DNA of 64,000 nucleotides from Chrysomallon squamiferum (Eukaryota > Animalia > Mollusca), in contig CM022674.1 in assembly GCA_012295275.1 (NCBI GenBank), forward strand, positions 13,640,001 through 13,704,000, given 5' to 3'. Made by a program: the position numbers and the translations under genes. Position 1 is the first letter of the stretch. Every line of letters begins with the position of its first letter. The notes beneath the pieces were generated by a model that searched no databases, was not told the origin of the DNA, and saw only the letters and a list, made by a program, of their open reading frames with translations. This document shows positions 1 through 14,767 of this stretch, piece by piece.

Positions 1-881
1 GATACATACATACACACATATACACATACACACACATACATACATATATACACACATAAATACATATATACATACATAAATACATACACACATACATACA
101 TAATACATACGTACACACATACACACACATACACACACATACATACATACATACATACATACATACACATACATACATAGATACATATATACATATACAT
201 ATATTTTTGCGTACAAATACTGATTTTTTTAAACTTATTTTAAATTTATCTGTTTGGTCGTAAACTATATGCAATAATTACTACAACAATAGCAACAACA
301 AAAATCATCAGCAACTACAACAACAACAACAACAATAATAATAATACTAATAAACAGCAATAATAATATTATTATTACTGCTGTTATTGTTGTTGTTGTT
401 GTTATAAGATAATAATTTTATTATTTTAAGAAAGAATTTGTTTGTTTATAAATAAATAAATACTTTCTCTATCAAATCTGTTTATTCCATTCTTTTAGTG
501 CATCTTTCAACACTGTTCACGCATATTATCGCATATTTTCTATAAATATACTTTGTAAACGAAAATACTTCAGATATATGGCTTTTTTCTGATAGTACGG
601 GCTTTAAAATCTTGACACATGTAAATATGACCACAAGCGAATCGGTACTGGGTATAAAAAGAAATAACAAGCTGGTTTTAGTGCATAGTTTCAGTCGATG
701 GGATCTTCTGTTTGAGATAATTTACTGATACTACAAATTGAATTTATAAATGATTTCCTTTGACATTTCAACAGTCCAGGATCTTGGCGTCTTTATATAA
801 ACAGTTTTGTCGATTAACGTCATCACATCTTTACGTCTTAGTATAAACTGTCTGTCTGTCTCTGAATAAATTAACTGATTT

Positions 882-885
<4 letters not shown>

Positions 886-976
<91 letters not shown>

Positions 977-1090
977 GTATATCTATCTATCTATCTATCT
1001 ATCTATATATATATATATGCATTTATCTATCTAGTTATCTTTCGAACTCTCTCAATTATGTATCTATATTTCTTTTGTGTCTCTCTTTCA

Positions 1091-1170
<80 letters not shown>

Positions 1171-1171
1171 T

Positions 1172-1216
<45 letters not shown>
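886..1216 (+). repeat. (TC)n, (TATC)n, (TG)n and (TA)n cluster, representative of many such tracts (e.g. 12155, 16515, 23790, 25960, 33600, 34435, 59100)
   Basis: Directly visible. Confidence 0.97.
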
Positions 1217-4179
1217 CAATGTGTGAAACTTTCATTCTCGCTCTCTCATTCAATCTCTTTCAATTAAATATAATCTCTCAACATTTTTTTTTTTTTTTTC
1301 GTCTGGCTGTGAATATCTTAGTGATTTTTTATCTCGCTGTGTTAATAATTCAAAAATAAAAATAAAAAAGTAAAACTAGAATGTGTAATATTTCAACATT
1401 ATAAACGCTTTGTTAAAAAAATACCTAAACGACAACAGGCTACTTTGCAACACAAAAATGTAGTTTTCTTTTTATAGACTGGATGTCGCCGTTAAGTGTG
1501 AAAAATAGGATCTGTGTATGCAGCGTAACATTTAATGTACAGCAATGTGGAATGTCTGATTACAAAGTAACACGCTGGTGATGTCCCCTTGGCGTTTATT
1601 TGATTGCAAAGCAACACTTGTTTCTTATGTCGTGTTTGAAGTCGCTTTTTTTTAAATTTAGTTAATGTATTTTGTTGTGATGCTGTCACAAATCTTCTTA
1701 AAAGCAGCATGATTTGGAAATAGATTTTCATTTCTGGAGTGCGTTTGATTTAACACACAGATTTGCTGAGTGTTTTGTTTATTTTTGTTTTTTAAATTTT
1801 TAAAAAATTTTCTTGTTTTGGTTGTTATGTGAATATGCAGTTTATCAGTAAAATATTTTTACACAATTAGTTTTCGTTTAAAATTAAAAAGGTAAAATTG
1901 TTTTGTTTAGAATGTGCGAGATAACATCGTTTTATTTAGAATTCAGAAGTTAACATTACTTTGTCCCTAATTCATAAAAACAAACATTTTGTCTTATTTA
2001 GAAGTAAAACGCAACAAGAACAACAACAAAAACCTTCTTTTATTTAGCAAAAAAAAGCATTTTGTTTAGAATTTAAAAGCTGACACTGTTCTCAAAAAAC
2101 AAAACCAAAATATTTTGTTTTCTACGTTGTAAAATACTTGCGTATTTTGTTTCACAAATAAAGTTAAGTGATTAATTATTTATCATCAGCTAATGAACAT
2201 GAGAAATATTGTTAATTCTGAAATAAAACGCTGAAAGAAAACTCGGTACATGGTAATATGAAAAGCAAGGGAACTTTTACACGAATATTTCCATAGGAAT
2301 TATTTACGACGTATTTTGACACATCAGTCATTGCTCTTTGATTGGAATAGGAAATAGTCAGTATGGACAGAAGTCAGATTTGATCCTGCAATCCATTACG
2401 TCTCACGTTATTGATTTATATTTCCCAACAGAGTGGAAGTGATTACAGAAATTATAAATCTGAAAATCTGTTTCAAAAAAAAAAAAAAAAAATGTTATTA
2501 CGTTTTTGGATAAACGGATAGACAAATAGAATAGATAAACAGATAGACAGAGATATGAACAGATAGATAAACAGCGAGGCAGATAAACACACAGACAAAT
2601 AAACAGCAAGACAGACAGACATACAAAGACGCAGACAGGCATAAATATTTCAGATAGGCGAATAAAACGATTAGATGAAATTACGTAAAAAGAAGTTAGC
2701 TTTATTGTGACTGCAAGAAAACTTGTCTGAAAAACAAACAAAATTTATTTCTATTCAAACGTCTCAAAAATAAACTTTTGTTATTGGGCGGGAGAGGTTG
2801 TTTACGATTCTGTCAGAATTCTGAATCTCAAAATTTGTTTTAATATTCGTTTGACAAAGACACGGTCTAAATTCGACAGAAAAATGTCACAATTTCAGAT
2901 TCTTCAGAAACAGAAAAAAAAACCTAAATTTTTTTTTTTTTTAAATTTAATATCTTGAGAAAAAGTTTGATCTAAGGTTGTTTAAAATGACTTTTTGGAA
3001 AGGGTTTACTTTAAAAAATGAAGCATATCAGTCTAAGGCTTGAAAAAAAGATTAACCGAATTGTTTAATTTTCAAAAAATAAATAACAAGATTACTTAAA
3101 TATTTTTTCTTTTTTTTTAATATTCTTGTTATTGAAAAAAATGATAAAAAAAAAAAAAAAAAAAAAGTTAAATTCTTTTGACATACGTGAGAGAACAGAT
3201 CACTCAAACTTTCTTTAATTTTCCAAAAAAAATTTAAAAATTATTTTGATTTTTCACAAATCAAAACAGGAAAAATACTAAAATACTAACAGTGTCCAGA
3301 TTTAATCAATAGAGTGAAAAGATGTAATGTTCTGACAAAAGTAAAACAATTTATGTTTTCATAAAGAAAAAAAATTATCAATATCTTTAATGTTTGCTTT
3401 CTAAAAAGATACTCGAAAATTTAATTTAATTTCTTATGAAAGTAAAACTATTTAGTTTTCCTCAAAGTAAAAGGAAAAAAAAAAGTTCTATCCAAAATTT
3501 TATTTAATCTCGGAAAAAAGAATGAGATTTAGTTGTATGATTCATTTTTCACTTTAAGATCAAACAAACGAAAACAAAATGGTGAGATCAAATGATCATC
3601 TGCGCAAAAACGTTTATTTTATCACTTCCTGTGAGTTCCGAATGAACGCGAAAAACGAGTCGTTACGGAAACGAACGATGTTCCAATAGACTGGTTCTTT
3701 ACAATGTTTTGTTTCGTGTAAAAACGGAAGCACAAAAGGGGTGGCGTTTAATCTGGTTTATGTTTCTTTCTTTTTTCTTTTTCTTTCTTTTTCTTTTTCT
3801 CTCTTTTATTTCCCCTTCTTTTCATTTTTTCCCCCTTCTTTCGCTTTTATTCGTTCAATCTTCCTTTCATTAATCTTTTTGATGTTTTTAATTAACTTTC
3901 CTTTATTCTTTTGCTTCTCGTCTTTTTTTTTTTTTTTCTTTTTTTTTTTTTTTTCCTTCCTAATTAAAATTTCTTTTTCTTTTAATTTTCTTTTCTAATT
4001 TTTGTGTTAATATTACTAATATTTATTATTACGACAACAAACCATAAAGGGAAAATAAGAAGGAAACGAAATACAATACATTGATATGTGTGCTTGTATG
4101 TGAACTGTGTGTGTGTATGTTTCAAACAAAATTAGTTTTAGTGGATAATAACAGGTTGAACAGACACACACATGCCCAT

Positions 4180-4284
<105 letters not shown>

Positions 4285-5379
4285 ATATTTATGTGTATGT
4301 GTGTCTATATACACCGATATGTATGGCAGGCATTAAACTAAACCAAATCTTTTCACAATATTATTTTGTTACATCTTCATACATAGCGGATCTATGTTTC
4401 AAGAACACTTCACCAAATTGGTATAATATATAAACAAAACAAAAATCGATTACGAAAAGAAAGGTACAAATCTGAAGACGCAATGATTCTGTTAACGTAA
4501 ATACAGGCACGTGACTAATTCGCACTTTGCGGTCTTACCCGAGTTCGACATGTCCGCGCACGCGCTTATAGCCAGCTGTCGACGCACGACCTTCAAAAAC
4601 TTCCATTGTAGTTCGTCCGGTTTTAAAATTTCCAGAATAAAAATGTAAGTACTCATATTTCTCGTATTTTATCAATTATACTGTTACTGAATTTTTCCTC
4701 TTGCTGTTTTAGAAGTATTCTGTTTTTAATTTACCGACGAAAAAATATCTTCAAAAACTCATCCAGGCAAAAAAAAAAAAGGCGTGTACTTTCAATAATA
4801 TTTCATGTAGATCATCTATTTAACTTCATTTATGCAGAATTATATAATTAATGCCCAACAAAAAACAACGACTTTTTAGCGTTCCCAAAATTCATCTGGT
4901 AAATTCTGTAAACAAACGATTATCGTCTCGTTTGTGGTCACGTGATTAAATACTGCAATTTGATTGGATGTTAATTTTTATTCTACTTCAGTATATTAAA
5001 TGTTTATAATTATATCTGTAAATAATTAATTACCAATAAATTTAGCTAAGGAAGAATTTTAATTTCATGCAAGGAACCTGATATGCGGAAAATGTCCCAG
5101 GGTTTTCTTGCTTTTCAAGATGTGATGATTTAATAAACTTCGATCTCAATATTTGTTTTAATAAAGCTTGAAACAAACAGACCGCAATTTACAGGAATTT
5201 TCGGAACATAAAGTCGCTTATTTGATCAAGTTATCATCATAAATATTACATTATTTTTTTTTTTTTCCCCATGTTGTTTCCAGTTCTCCAGAAATAATTT
5301 TAATATGGGTACCACTTTTTCTTTTCTTTCTTTTCTCTTCTTATATCTTATTATTTTTCTGTTACATATCTACTACACT

Positions 5380-5900
5380 CAAAAACACAGACACACACAC
5401 ACACACACAACGCACACAAATACACACACACACAACGCACACAAATACACACACACAACGCACACAAATACACACACACACAAATACACACACACAACAC
5501 ACACACACACATACACATACACACATACACAACGCACACAAATACACACACACACAACACACACAATTACACACACATACACAACGCCCACAAATACACA
5601 CATACACACAACGCACACAGATACACACACATACACAACGCACACAACACACAACGCACACAAATACACACATACACATACACAACGCACACAAATACAC
5701 ACATACACATACACAAACACACACACACACACACACACATACACACACATACACAACGCACACAAATACACACACACACAACGCACACAAATACACACAC
5801 ACATACACAACGCACACAAATACACACACACACACAACGCACACAAATACACACACACACACAACGCACACAAAACACACACACACACACACACATACAC
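5380..5900 (+). repeat. CA-rich compound satellite with higher-order unit acacaacgcacacaaatacac
   Basis: Directly visible; source of the poly-TH and poly-VC ORFs. Confidence 0.95.
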
Positions 5901-6334
5901 TTATGAACATACTGATAACGAAGATTTAGGGACGGGAGTATTCTAGCTATACGTTAGTCCTTTCTCCGGTTCCGCGCCTAACCTGGTTTGTTGTATCAAC
6001 ATACTTATATTGTAATTGCCAGCGTACTCCATTGATTGGGCTGACTCGTGTTTGAACTCGAACATCCATCTTGCTGGGAAAGTGATATTCGCAGACGATA
6101 GCTAACTGTAATTCTTCGCGTGTATATTTCTCATATTTCGCGCCATCCCAGCCCGCCTGCAGTCTGCCTTTTTTGTTTTCCCAGCAATCCGCTGTCGTTT
6201 CGTTTGAGCAGACGTACTCTGGTACATTCCACTAGTAAACAGTTTCCTTTTCTTTCTGTTTTATAATTATCTTATTTGTTTTCATATAATTTTTTTCCTG
6301 TAATAGCATGATTAAAAAAAAAGAAATAAAATAT

Positions 6335-6454
6335 ATATATATATATATTACTTTCTTCTTTTTTTTGGCATAATCAAGCTAATGCAAACTTTATATTTAT
6401 TTATTATCCAAATAACTATATATATATATATATATATAGAAAATATGCGATATA

Positions 6455-6485
<31 letters not shown>

Positions 6486-6533
6486 GGCATAATCAAGCTA
6501 ATGCAAAATTTATATTTATTTATTATCCAAATA

Positions 6534-6569
<36 letters not shown>

Positions 6570-6573
6570 TTTG
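6335..6573. repeat. Tandem duplication (~119-bp period) ending in an (AT)n-centred palindrome
   Basis: ggcataatcaagctaatgcaaa.tttatatttatttattatccaaataacta occurs at ~6367 and ~6486; caaataacta...(AT)n...tagttatttg spans 6528-6573. Confidence 0.88.
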
Positions 6574-7579
6574 TCTTTAATCAAACTGGAATCTGTGACT
6601 GACGAGTCGATGTAATAAGACACAAATTGAAAACAGCGGTCTGCTCATTAAAATACTTAGCTGCATCTCCCTTGTTTACTTAATCACGTCTTATTTACCC
6701 TGTGTGTATTATATGTAAATATGTTACCTACTTGCTGTATGTAATATCGGGATGTATTCTCTACACCGGTATAGATTTTTAAATTAGTGTATTCATGTTT
6801 GTCGACATTTACTCTTTGTAATATCAAATAAAAACTTCAGGAAACCATCTTGTACAAATTTAATTATGTGTGTGGTTTTTTTAGAAAATGCATCGAATTT
6901 AAATAAAGTTTTAATATTTTTTTTTAATAAAGTAAGGAAAGAATGAATGGATAAGTGAATGAATGAAAGAAAGTAGAAAAGCATGATCGATAGAAGCAAA
7001 GGTAGATAGTCAAAAAAAAAAAAACTATTTCAAAAACTTATACAATCAAAAAAAAAAAAAAAAAAAGAAAGAAAAAAAAAAGAAGAAAAAAAAAATGAAA
7101 CTAGAAAGATAAAAGCTGACAACAAAATGAAGAATATAAAAATACAGTTCGTAAATAAACAAATAAACAAACACAAAAATAGATCAACGGACTGAATAAA
7201 GAAACAAATTGCGGAAAGATAGATAATTAAAAATGAATGTTACTAATCTATAAGCAGGTATATGGTTTCACTAAATGGGATTGTCTTTCTGCTATAACCA
7301 TAAATCCTAAAAATAATAACAGCAAAAAAAAAAAAAAAAACGCTCTTTTTGCACTTAATAATCGTTAATATATTCAGATGTCGTTCGTTTTTTTTTTTTT
7401 TTTTTCGTTGAGAGTACATACAGGTAGCGAGGGAGTTGTAAATTTCCATTCTGACGTCATAAAAGAAAAACCATGGTTTCGCATTTATTAATAATTTATA
7501 TTTATTTATTACTTCCACTTTAAGACATATAGAGAGAAAGAAGGGATAGATAGACATAGAAGAGAGGGATGGATGGATG

Positions 7580-7619
<40 letters not shown>

Positions 7620-8068
7620 AGGAATACTCGAAGATACGTAAATACACGGACAGATAACAGATTAATCTACGACTGTATGTAATAACAATTTCACCCAATA
7701 ATTTACTACACATTTTTACCACTGCACAGTTATAATCAATCTACAGTCTTATAAACGCGTGTTCGGTTCATTAACTCGTGGTATATGGGTTCGAATGACA
7801 TCAGGGGGATGTCAGTTATCACTTTTTGTAAAACATGAGCAGATGTCGGATTCTCGCAAAGATCACAGTCTATACGTTTATTTATTTTCATTACTTGTTA
7901 CACTCTGTTCAGGTTTCTTTCATATTTTGTTTTATTTTCCAGTTCTAGACTCGGGAGGAGCCAAGGGTGTTGTTTTTTTTCTAAGGGAGGCGCACGTAGT
8001 CACCGGATGTTTACTCGCATAAAAAGTGCCCGTATGAAAAAGTGATCGATCTTAGTTCTGGTAAGTGT

Positions 8069-8103
<35 letters not shown>

Positions 8104-8190
8104 TGCTCCAAATAGGCTCTTGACTAAAATCTGGAATAAACTCCCTGTTTAAAAAAAGTACTAATGCATTAACAACAACAACAACAACAA

Positions 8191-8246
<56 letters not shown>

Positions 8247-8250
8247 CATC

Positions 8251-8283
<33 letters not shown>

Positions 8284-8654
8284 AATAATAATAATAATAA
8301 TAATAGTAATAATAGTAATAATTTATAAAGGACCTCTTTTACTGCTATCCCAGATTCTTTATTTCGCCGAAAACCCACGAAATGTTCCGAATAACCTTTT
8401 CCCAAATGCCATCCTCCGAAACCTTCCGAAATAATTCTCAGAAGTGAATTAGGAACTGTAATAATTGTTTTAATCAAAACTGCCTCGAAGCAAAGCGACA
8501 GTTTTCTTATTATTTCTGAGGTCTCCAAGTTAGAAGTTCTTTATAAAAACACGACCAGAAATTCACTCGATGAGAATTTTTAGCGTGTATAATAATATGC
8601 TATTTCTTATTGATCCTAAACCCTTATCTGTCTGTCTGTCTGTCTATCTAGCTA

Positions 8655-8703
<49 letters not shown>

Positions 8704-8886
8704 ATGTATGTATGTATGTATGTACGTATATATGTATGTATGTGTATGTATGTCTATCTATGTATATATCTAACTATATGTAGGTCTACATACACATACA
8801 GACTGTTACCATAGGACAAACAAACATATATACATGTCTATAGATATAAAGATACAGATATATATACCTACAGTAACATTGTGAAG

Positions 8887-9050
8887 CTAGGGATTCTGCG
8901 AAAATTCCTAAAACTTTGAGGGAATTCGTGAAATTACATATTCACCAAATCATCTGAATTTTCTAGGGATTTCATAAAATCACGTAAAATTTCTAGGGAT
9001 TTCCTGAAATCGCTGAGAGTTCCAGAAATTTCGTGCAATTACTCCAGATT
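8887..9050 (+). repeat. Degenerate ~30-bp minisatellite (TTTCTAGGGATTTC..GAAATC)
   Basis: ctagggatt recurs at ~8888, ~8962 and ~8993 with further variants. Confidence 0.65.
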
Positions 9051-9110
9051 ATGCTCCAGTTACTTCGCTAACTTCCTCATCGTGGTTTATTACCAACTAC
9101 TACAGTATCA

Positions 9111-9177
9111 TGTCGCCCACGTCGGGAATCGAACGAACCGACTGCGACATCTGTTAGCGTTAACCTATGCGTGGCTA
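9111..9177 (-). mobile_element. Possible tRNA-derived/SINE head remnant
   Basis: Minus strand reads tagccacgcataggttaacgc...gttcgattcccgacgtgggcga, with a B-box GTTCGATTCC. Confidence 0.3.
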
Positions 9178-9378
9178 ATCGTATTAATACTTAATGTCAG
9201 TCTGTAATGCGCTTTATTCGTAACGTCATTACAAAATAACAGTTCACTGGAATGTACAATTTTCCTTACCGTACGTAACGTTTACACGTGAATATGCAAC
9301 GCTTCACTGAAAGCATTAATCTCATAAACATAACACGTATAGTTGTTTTTGTAATGTTCTTTGTGCATAATTCTTGTA

Positions 9379-9413
<35 letters not shown>

Positions 9414-9544
9414 ATCTGTCTGACTCTCTTTATCAAGCGCATAACACATAAACGTCAGAATGAATTTGCATTCACAAAAACATAACTATTCACATAATTA
9501 TATACAAACATACCTCTGTAACTGTTGATACCACCGTTCTACTT

Positions 9545-9582
<38 letters not shown>

Positions 9583-10429
9583 GCTACTACTACTACTACT
9601 ACCTCTACTACTACTACTACTACCTCTACTACTACTTCTACCTCTACTACAACAACTACTACTACTAATTAATACTACTGTTACTGCTGCCTCAACTACT
9701 ACTACAACTAACAACAACTATTACGTGAAAGAAATTTCTTCAGATCCGTGAACTGTCTCTAATCATCATGGACGAAGGTGAGACTGTTCAGACATTATTA
9801 TATAAACTATCAGGTTATAAATACAGCGAACAGAACCACATAACTATTATCCACTTTTCATCACCAATTATTTCGAAGAAGAAAAAAAGAAAAAAGAAAA
9901 AAGAAAAGAAAAACATTAATTAATTTCATCATATTAGAAGCTCATCTGCTTGTCTGAAACCAAGGTCGTTGCGGTCTTAATTTTCACGTAATGCCATAAT
10001 TTGTTTATTTAAAAATTAACAAGCTTCGTCTGTATTTTGAGTTGTAAATGGAGAGAGAAGGGTCGCATGTTTGAAACACGCAGTTTTAATGGATGCAGTA
10101 GACGCCATTTTCCTTAGACACGACCCTGATTATGGTACAAGGGTGTATGTCTTATTTAAAAAAAAAAAAGATGTCAGGTATGTTTAATAACACAGCTTGA
10201 GAAGAATATAATTACTGCGTAATTAATTCCGAGACAGACTCCGAGAGTCGCTAATCAATGTGCACGCGTTTCCATAGAAACCATTCATGCGGAGTGTTAT
10301 ATGTGTACACGGAAGTGTCTGACACCCGTCTCTTCCACGCAAACACAAAATTAAAAAAACTCGTTTTGTAAAATAAATTTTGACGACATTTCTATAATAT
10401 AATTTTATGTCTGTATGTAGTGTTTATAT

Positions 10430-10895
10430 ATGTATGTATGTACGTATGTCTATAGATGTCCCTGTTTTGTTTGTGTGACTATGTTTTGTTTTTGTTTTGA
10501 AGATTTGGAAAAAAAAGCACCTTTTTATTTGTTATGTATTGGACTTTAGAAAATACAAAATAAACCCACTGAAAAACAGTAGTTTATCAGTACCATTACC
10601 ATATATAGCTGCTGCTACATACATACATACCATATATATACGGTTGTAGGAAAAAAAAAATGGCACCTCATTTATTTTATATATATATATGGGTATATGT
10701 ACGAATGGATGCACGAAGGTGTGTGTGTGTTTACGTATGTACGTAGTATATGTGTGCATGTATGTGTATTTGTATGAATATATGTGTATGTACATATGTC
10801 TATAGATGTCCCTGTTTTCGTTTTGTTTTTTAAAGTATGTATTGGATAGAAAATAAAACCACTGAAAAATTAGCTGTTGCTCCTACCATTACTAC
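10430..10895 (+). repeat. Degenerate direct duplication, ~350-bp period
   Basis: tatgtctatagatgtccctgtttt at ~10445 and ~10795; tatgtattgga...ccactgaaaaa occurs in both copies. Confidence 0.7.
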
Positions 10896-10999
10896 CACTA
10901 CTACTACTACTACTACTATTATTAGTATTATTAGTATTACTAGTATTGTTACTATTGTTATTATTGTTATTATTGTTATTATTGTTGTCTGGTTACTTA

Positions 11000-11480
11000 T
11001 AGTTAAATGAGGCTGATGTCGTGAACGGTTTTTAACAAGGGTGTGGGCGAGCGTCGAATTTGTGTTATTTGATCGCCATTTGTAATCTAATTAGTCCCCT
11101 CTCCGGATGTATTCGTGCGCGGCGCGCTTCCCTCTCGGACTGAAAACAAAAGGTGCTTCCGATCATTTACGAAGTTACGTGCACGCCGGGGGAGCCTGGG
11201 TAATTTCTTTATCTGGTTACGTAGCGTGGTAGCAGGTTTGTTTACAAGTCAGCTAATTGAATTAACTCATCGTCGTGTTTGTTTTTGTCCTTAAGTAGAC
11301 AAACGCGCGAGCGAGCGAGCGAGCGAGCGAGCGAGCTCAGACGGGCCAAAGAACGTACTCCTTTTCTGGCGTGTTAATTAGGTCATTGGCCAGCGCGTTT
11401 ACAGGGAAGTTCAGCAAACAAACTGACGGATCAAAGGGGGGCGAAAAGGACTCTACGGGTGGGTGGGGTGAATTTTGAGA
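11000..11480. promoter_or_regulatory. CpG-rich island with two P3 homeodomain-dimer sites
   Basis: TAATCTAATTA at 11083-11093, TAATTGAATTA at 11254-11264, (GCGA)n at ~11306-11335. Confidence 0.45.
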
Positions 11481-12011
11481 TAGGAAATAGGTGTGGGTTT
11501 GGTGTATGTTTATTTTTATGTTTTTAATAGTTTTATTTTTGACGAAAGGAATTTAGAGATTAAGGAATTGCTGCAGTGTTTTGTCTAGTTGTGTTTAAAT
11601 ATTTGTTTTTCGCTGGCGAGCTTTCGATAACAAGCAAAATGAATGCAGAGTTTTGTTTCGTTCTTCAGAAGCGAAATATTTGGTTTAGTTCTGTAAACAA
11701 ATTAAAACATTAGATAAAAGATAAAAGTCAGCTAAGAAAAGCGAAGAAATTGCTGCCAAAATGTTTTGCGATACTATCTGTTTTACAACTGTTAAATATT
11801 TACAGAATTTTGTTTGTTAAAGCCTCCTTCTAGCAATAAGAACAAACTGTTTTTCTTAATTTTTTGTATAATATTTACAGACCTCCAAGAAAATGTTTTA
11901 GTTATTTGTAGACATTGCGATGCGAATAAAGAATTCAGTTTATTTTGCAGTCTTGCCAGTCTTTCTCATAAACATCATCATCATCATTGGTAGCAGTAGC
12001 AGTAGTTCTTG

Positions 12012-12054
<43 letters not shown>

Positions 12055-12152
12055 TTATTATATAGGTATGATTGATAATTATAATTGATATAATCATAAT
12101 TAAAAAAATTAAAAATTCGCAAGTAATGACTAATATAGATCTTAACCAATAA

Positions 12153-12251
<99 letters not shown>

Positions 12252-14691
12252 CTTTTGAATTTTCTTTTCTTTCTCTGCGACTGTCTTACAACTACCAATC
12301 TCCTCTTCTGCTGATCCTTTGGTTACTTTTTTTTTCCCCGCAGAGATTTCTTTTTGTGAAAACAAATCCCAAGAAAGCAACGAAAAAGTAGCAATCTCAA
12401 ATTATTTTTTTCTAATACTTAAAACTTTGCATTTACATTTTTCTAATTTATTTTCTGTCAACGGGGGAGTATCGTCTTTGAGAAATTCCCGTTTCTTCTA
12501 CATCGTCATCTTCTTTTTCAGTATCTTCTTACAATGTGTCTCCTTTCTTCAAATGTCTGTTATCATCATCATCACAGTCATCACAGTCATCGTTTTTATC
12601 ATCATCATCATCATTATCATCATTATGTTAATACTTAATCTGTTAAGATATTTCCAATGATAGTCACAATTGGCCTATACGGTTATTATATTTGTCACTT
12701 GCATATGGTTTCTGTAAGATGTCAAATGAAAAAATAAAATAAAAAAATAAAAATCCCTGAATTTAAAATAACGTAATCTTACTGTCTAAAAAAAATTACA
12801 TCAGTTTTATTTTTGTTTTGAAAAACGTCAAACTCACAGTAGCTGTGTTTATATTAAAGTCTATTGCTGTCTAATAGACAGTTCCCGGATCGCTATAAAT
12901 AATCCGGTTATATCTTCATCTTTTTTGTATTTTTATATATTTTTTTTAAATTAATATTTCTCAATATTTATTGATTTTTTTTTTCCCACCCTTCTTCTTC
13001 ATTTCATTTTTATTTATGACAAACAGATCGTAAAATTAATATCTGAATGGGAGAAATATGAAATATGAAGCGTGTACGCTGTGATATTCTATTTTGTTTA
13101 ATAATTTATACCACCCCCAGTGCACTTACTAAAGCCTTCAGCTGACAACTCCAGCTAGGGATGTGTGTTTAATACTGATAATTTGAACAAGAAGAAAACA
13201 CTTTATTTCACTTTGTATCTTTAGGGCTTTTTATTTCATTTTATTTTCTTTTTTTTTTTTTCTTTGTGTTCTTTTTTTTTTCTTTTCTTTTTTTTTTTTT
13301 TTTTTTTTAATTATTATCATATGAGATCATGTTAAGAACAAAGATATCGAAGTCAAGTTTTTTTTTATCTGCGAATGATATTGAATAGGCAGATTTTAAA
13401 AAGGTGTATGTTTGTTATGATGTGGTGTAAACTGATTAAAGTATTTATTATTGTTTTTGTTGTTGCTATTATTATTATTTATATATTAATTATTTTATAT
13501 TATTTTATTTCTTATTTATTTAAAAAAAAATGTTGTCTCTGTTTCAGTCTCTTTCTCCCCTTTTCTTTGTGTCTATGTGAACATCTGTCCTCAATCTATC
13601 TACCTACCTACCTACCTACCTATCTGTCTGTCTATCCATCTATATATATATAAAATCTACTATATATAATTATCTGTATATCTACTTTTTAAGAGTATCT
13701 TTTAGTCTTTAGGTGGCAATATAATAATAATAAAATCATTTTCATCATTTTCATCATCATCATCATCACCACCATCATTATCATAATCTAATAACAGTAA
13801 TTTTATCCAATCTCTAGACAGATCTTTTTTTTGCCCCAAAGGAAAAAAAAAAGAGAGAGAGAAAAAAAAAAACCCACTCGACACACTTTGATAAAGAAAG
13901 TGAATCAATTTATGCTAGCAATCTGAACGTACCAAAGGCTAACTGGTTAGAAAGAAGCCATGAGCGATCTAATTAATAAAATAAAATAAAAACGCAACGG
14001 AACGGAAACTGTAGGTGATTTCTTTTTCATGTCCATCACTGCAAGTGGCATTTTTTGCCCTTCCATACACCAGGCGTATTAACACTTCCGCCGGAAGCGG
14101 TTATTCGAACGCACTAAATAAATAGAACCGTCACGTGATACGGCCAGCTTGCCGTGCGGCGTTTTGGTGTTACGGTGTCACTAAATATTTCAAATGAGGC
14201 TAACTTCTAATTGAATGTCGATCTCTTCTAGATTTGTGTCTGTAGGGCTGGCCCTGTTTTGACAAGCAATAACACGTTAGTGTCACGTGCTTAGTTGACG
14301 TAATTGCTAATTCGGTTCCGACCGGCCCGAAGTGATGTCCGCGCATTTGCGATGTCGTAGCTGTAAGTGATTAGTTGGAGAACGAGTGTAACAGATAGAA
14401 AACAGTGTCACAGCCGAGGAAAAACGCGTTTGACATGATCATTTCGTAAAATGACAGAAAACACTGTCAGGCTTTACCACGGCGAAAGAAAGAAACTGTT
14501 TGACATGATCATTTTGTAGAATAAATAAAATGTTCAGTTAAAGTACGTATACGCCCCCACATATATACACACACAAATACACACACACAGACATACATAC
14601 AGAGATAGAAGCACGCATACAAACATATATCATCATATAACAAAATACAAATGTTCATGAATTCACGTTAAGATGTATACTGTTATTTATC

Positions 14692-14767
<76 letters not shown>

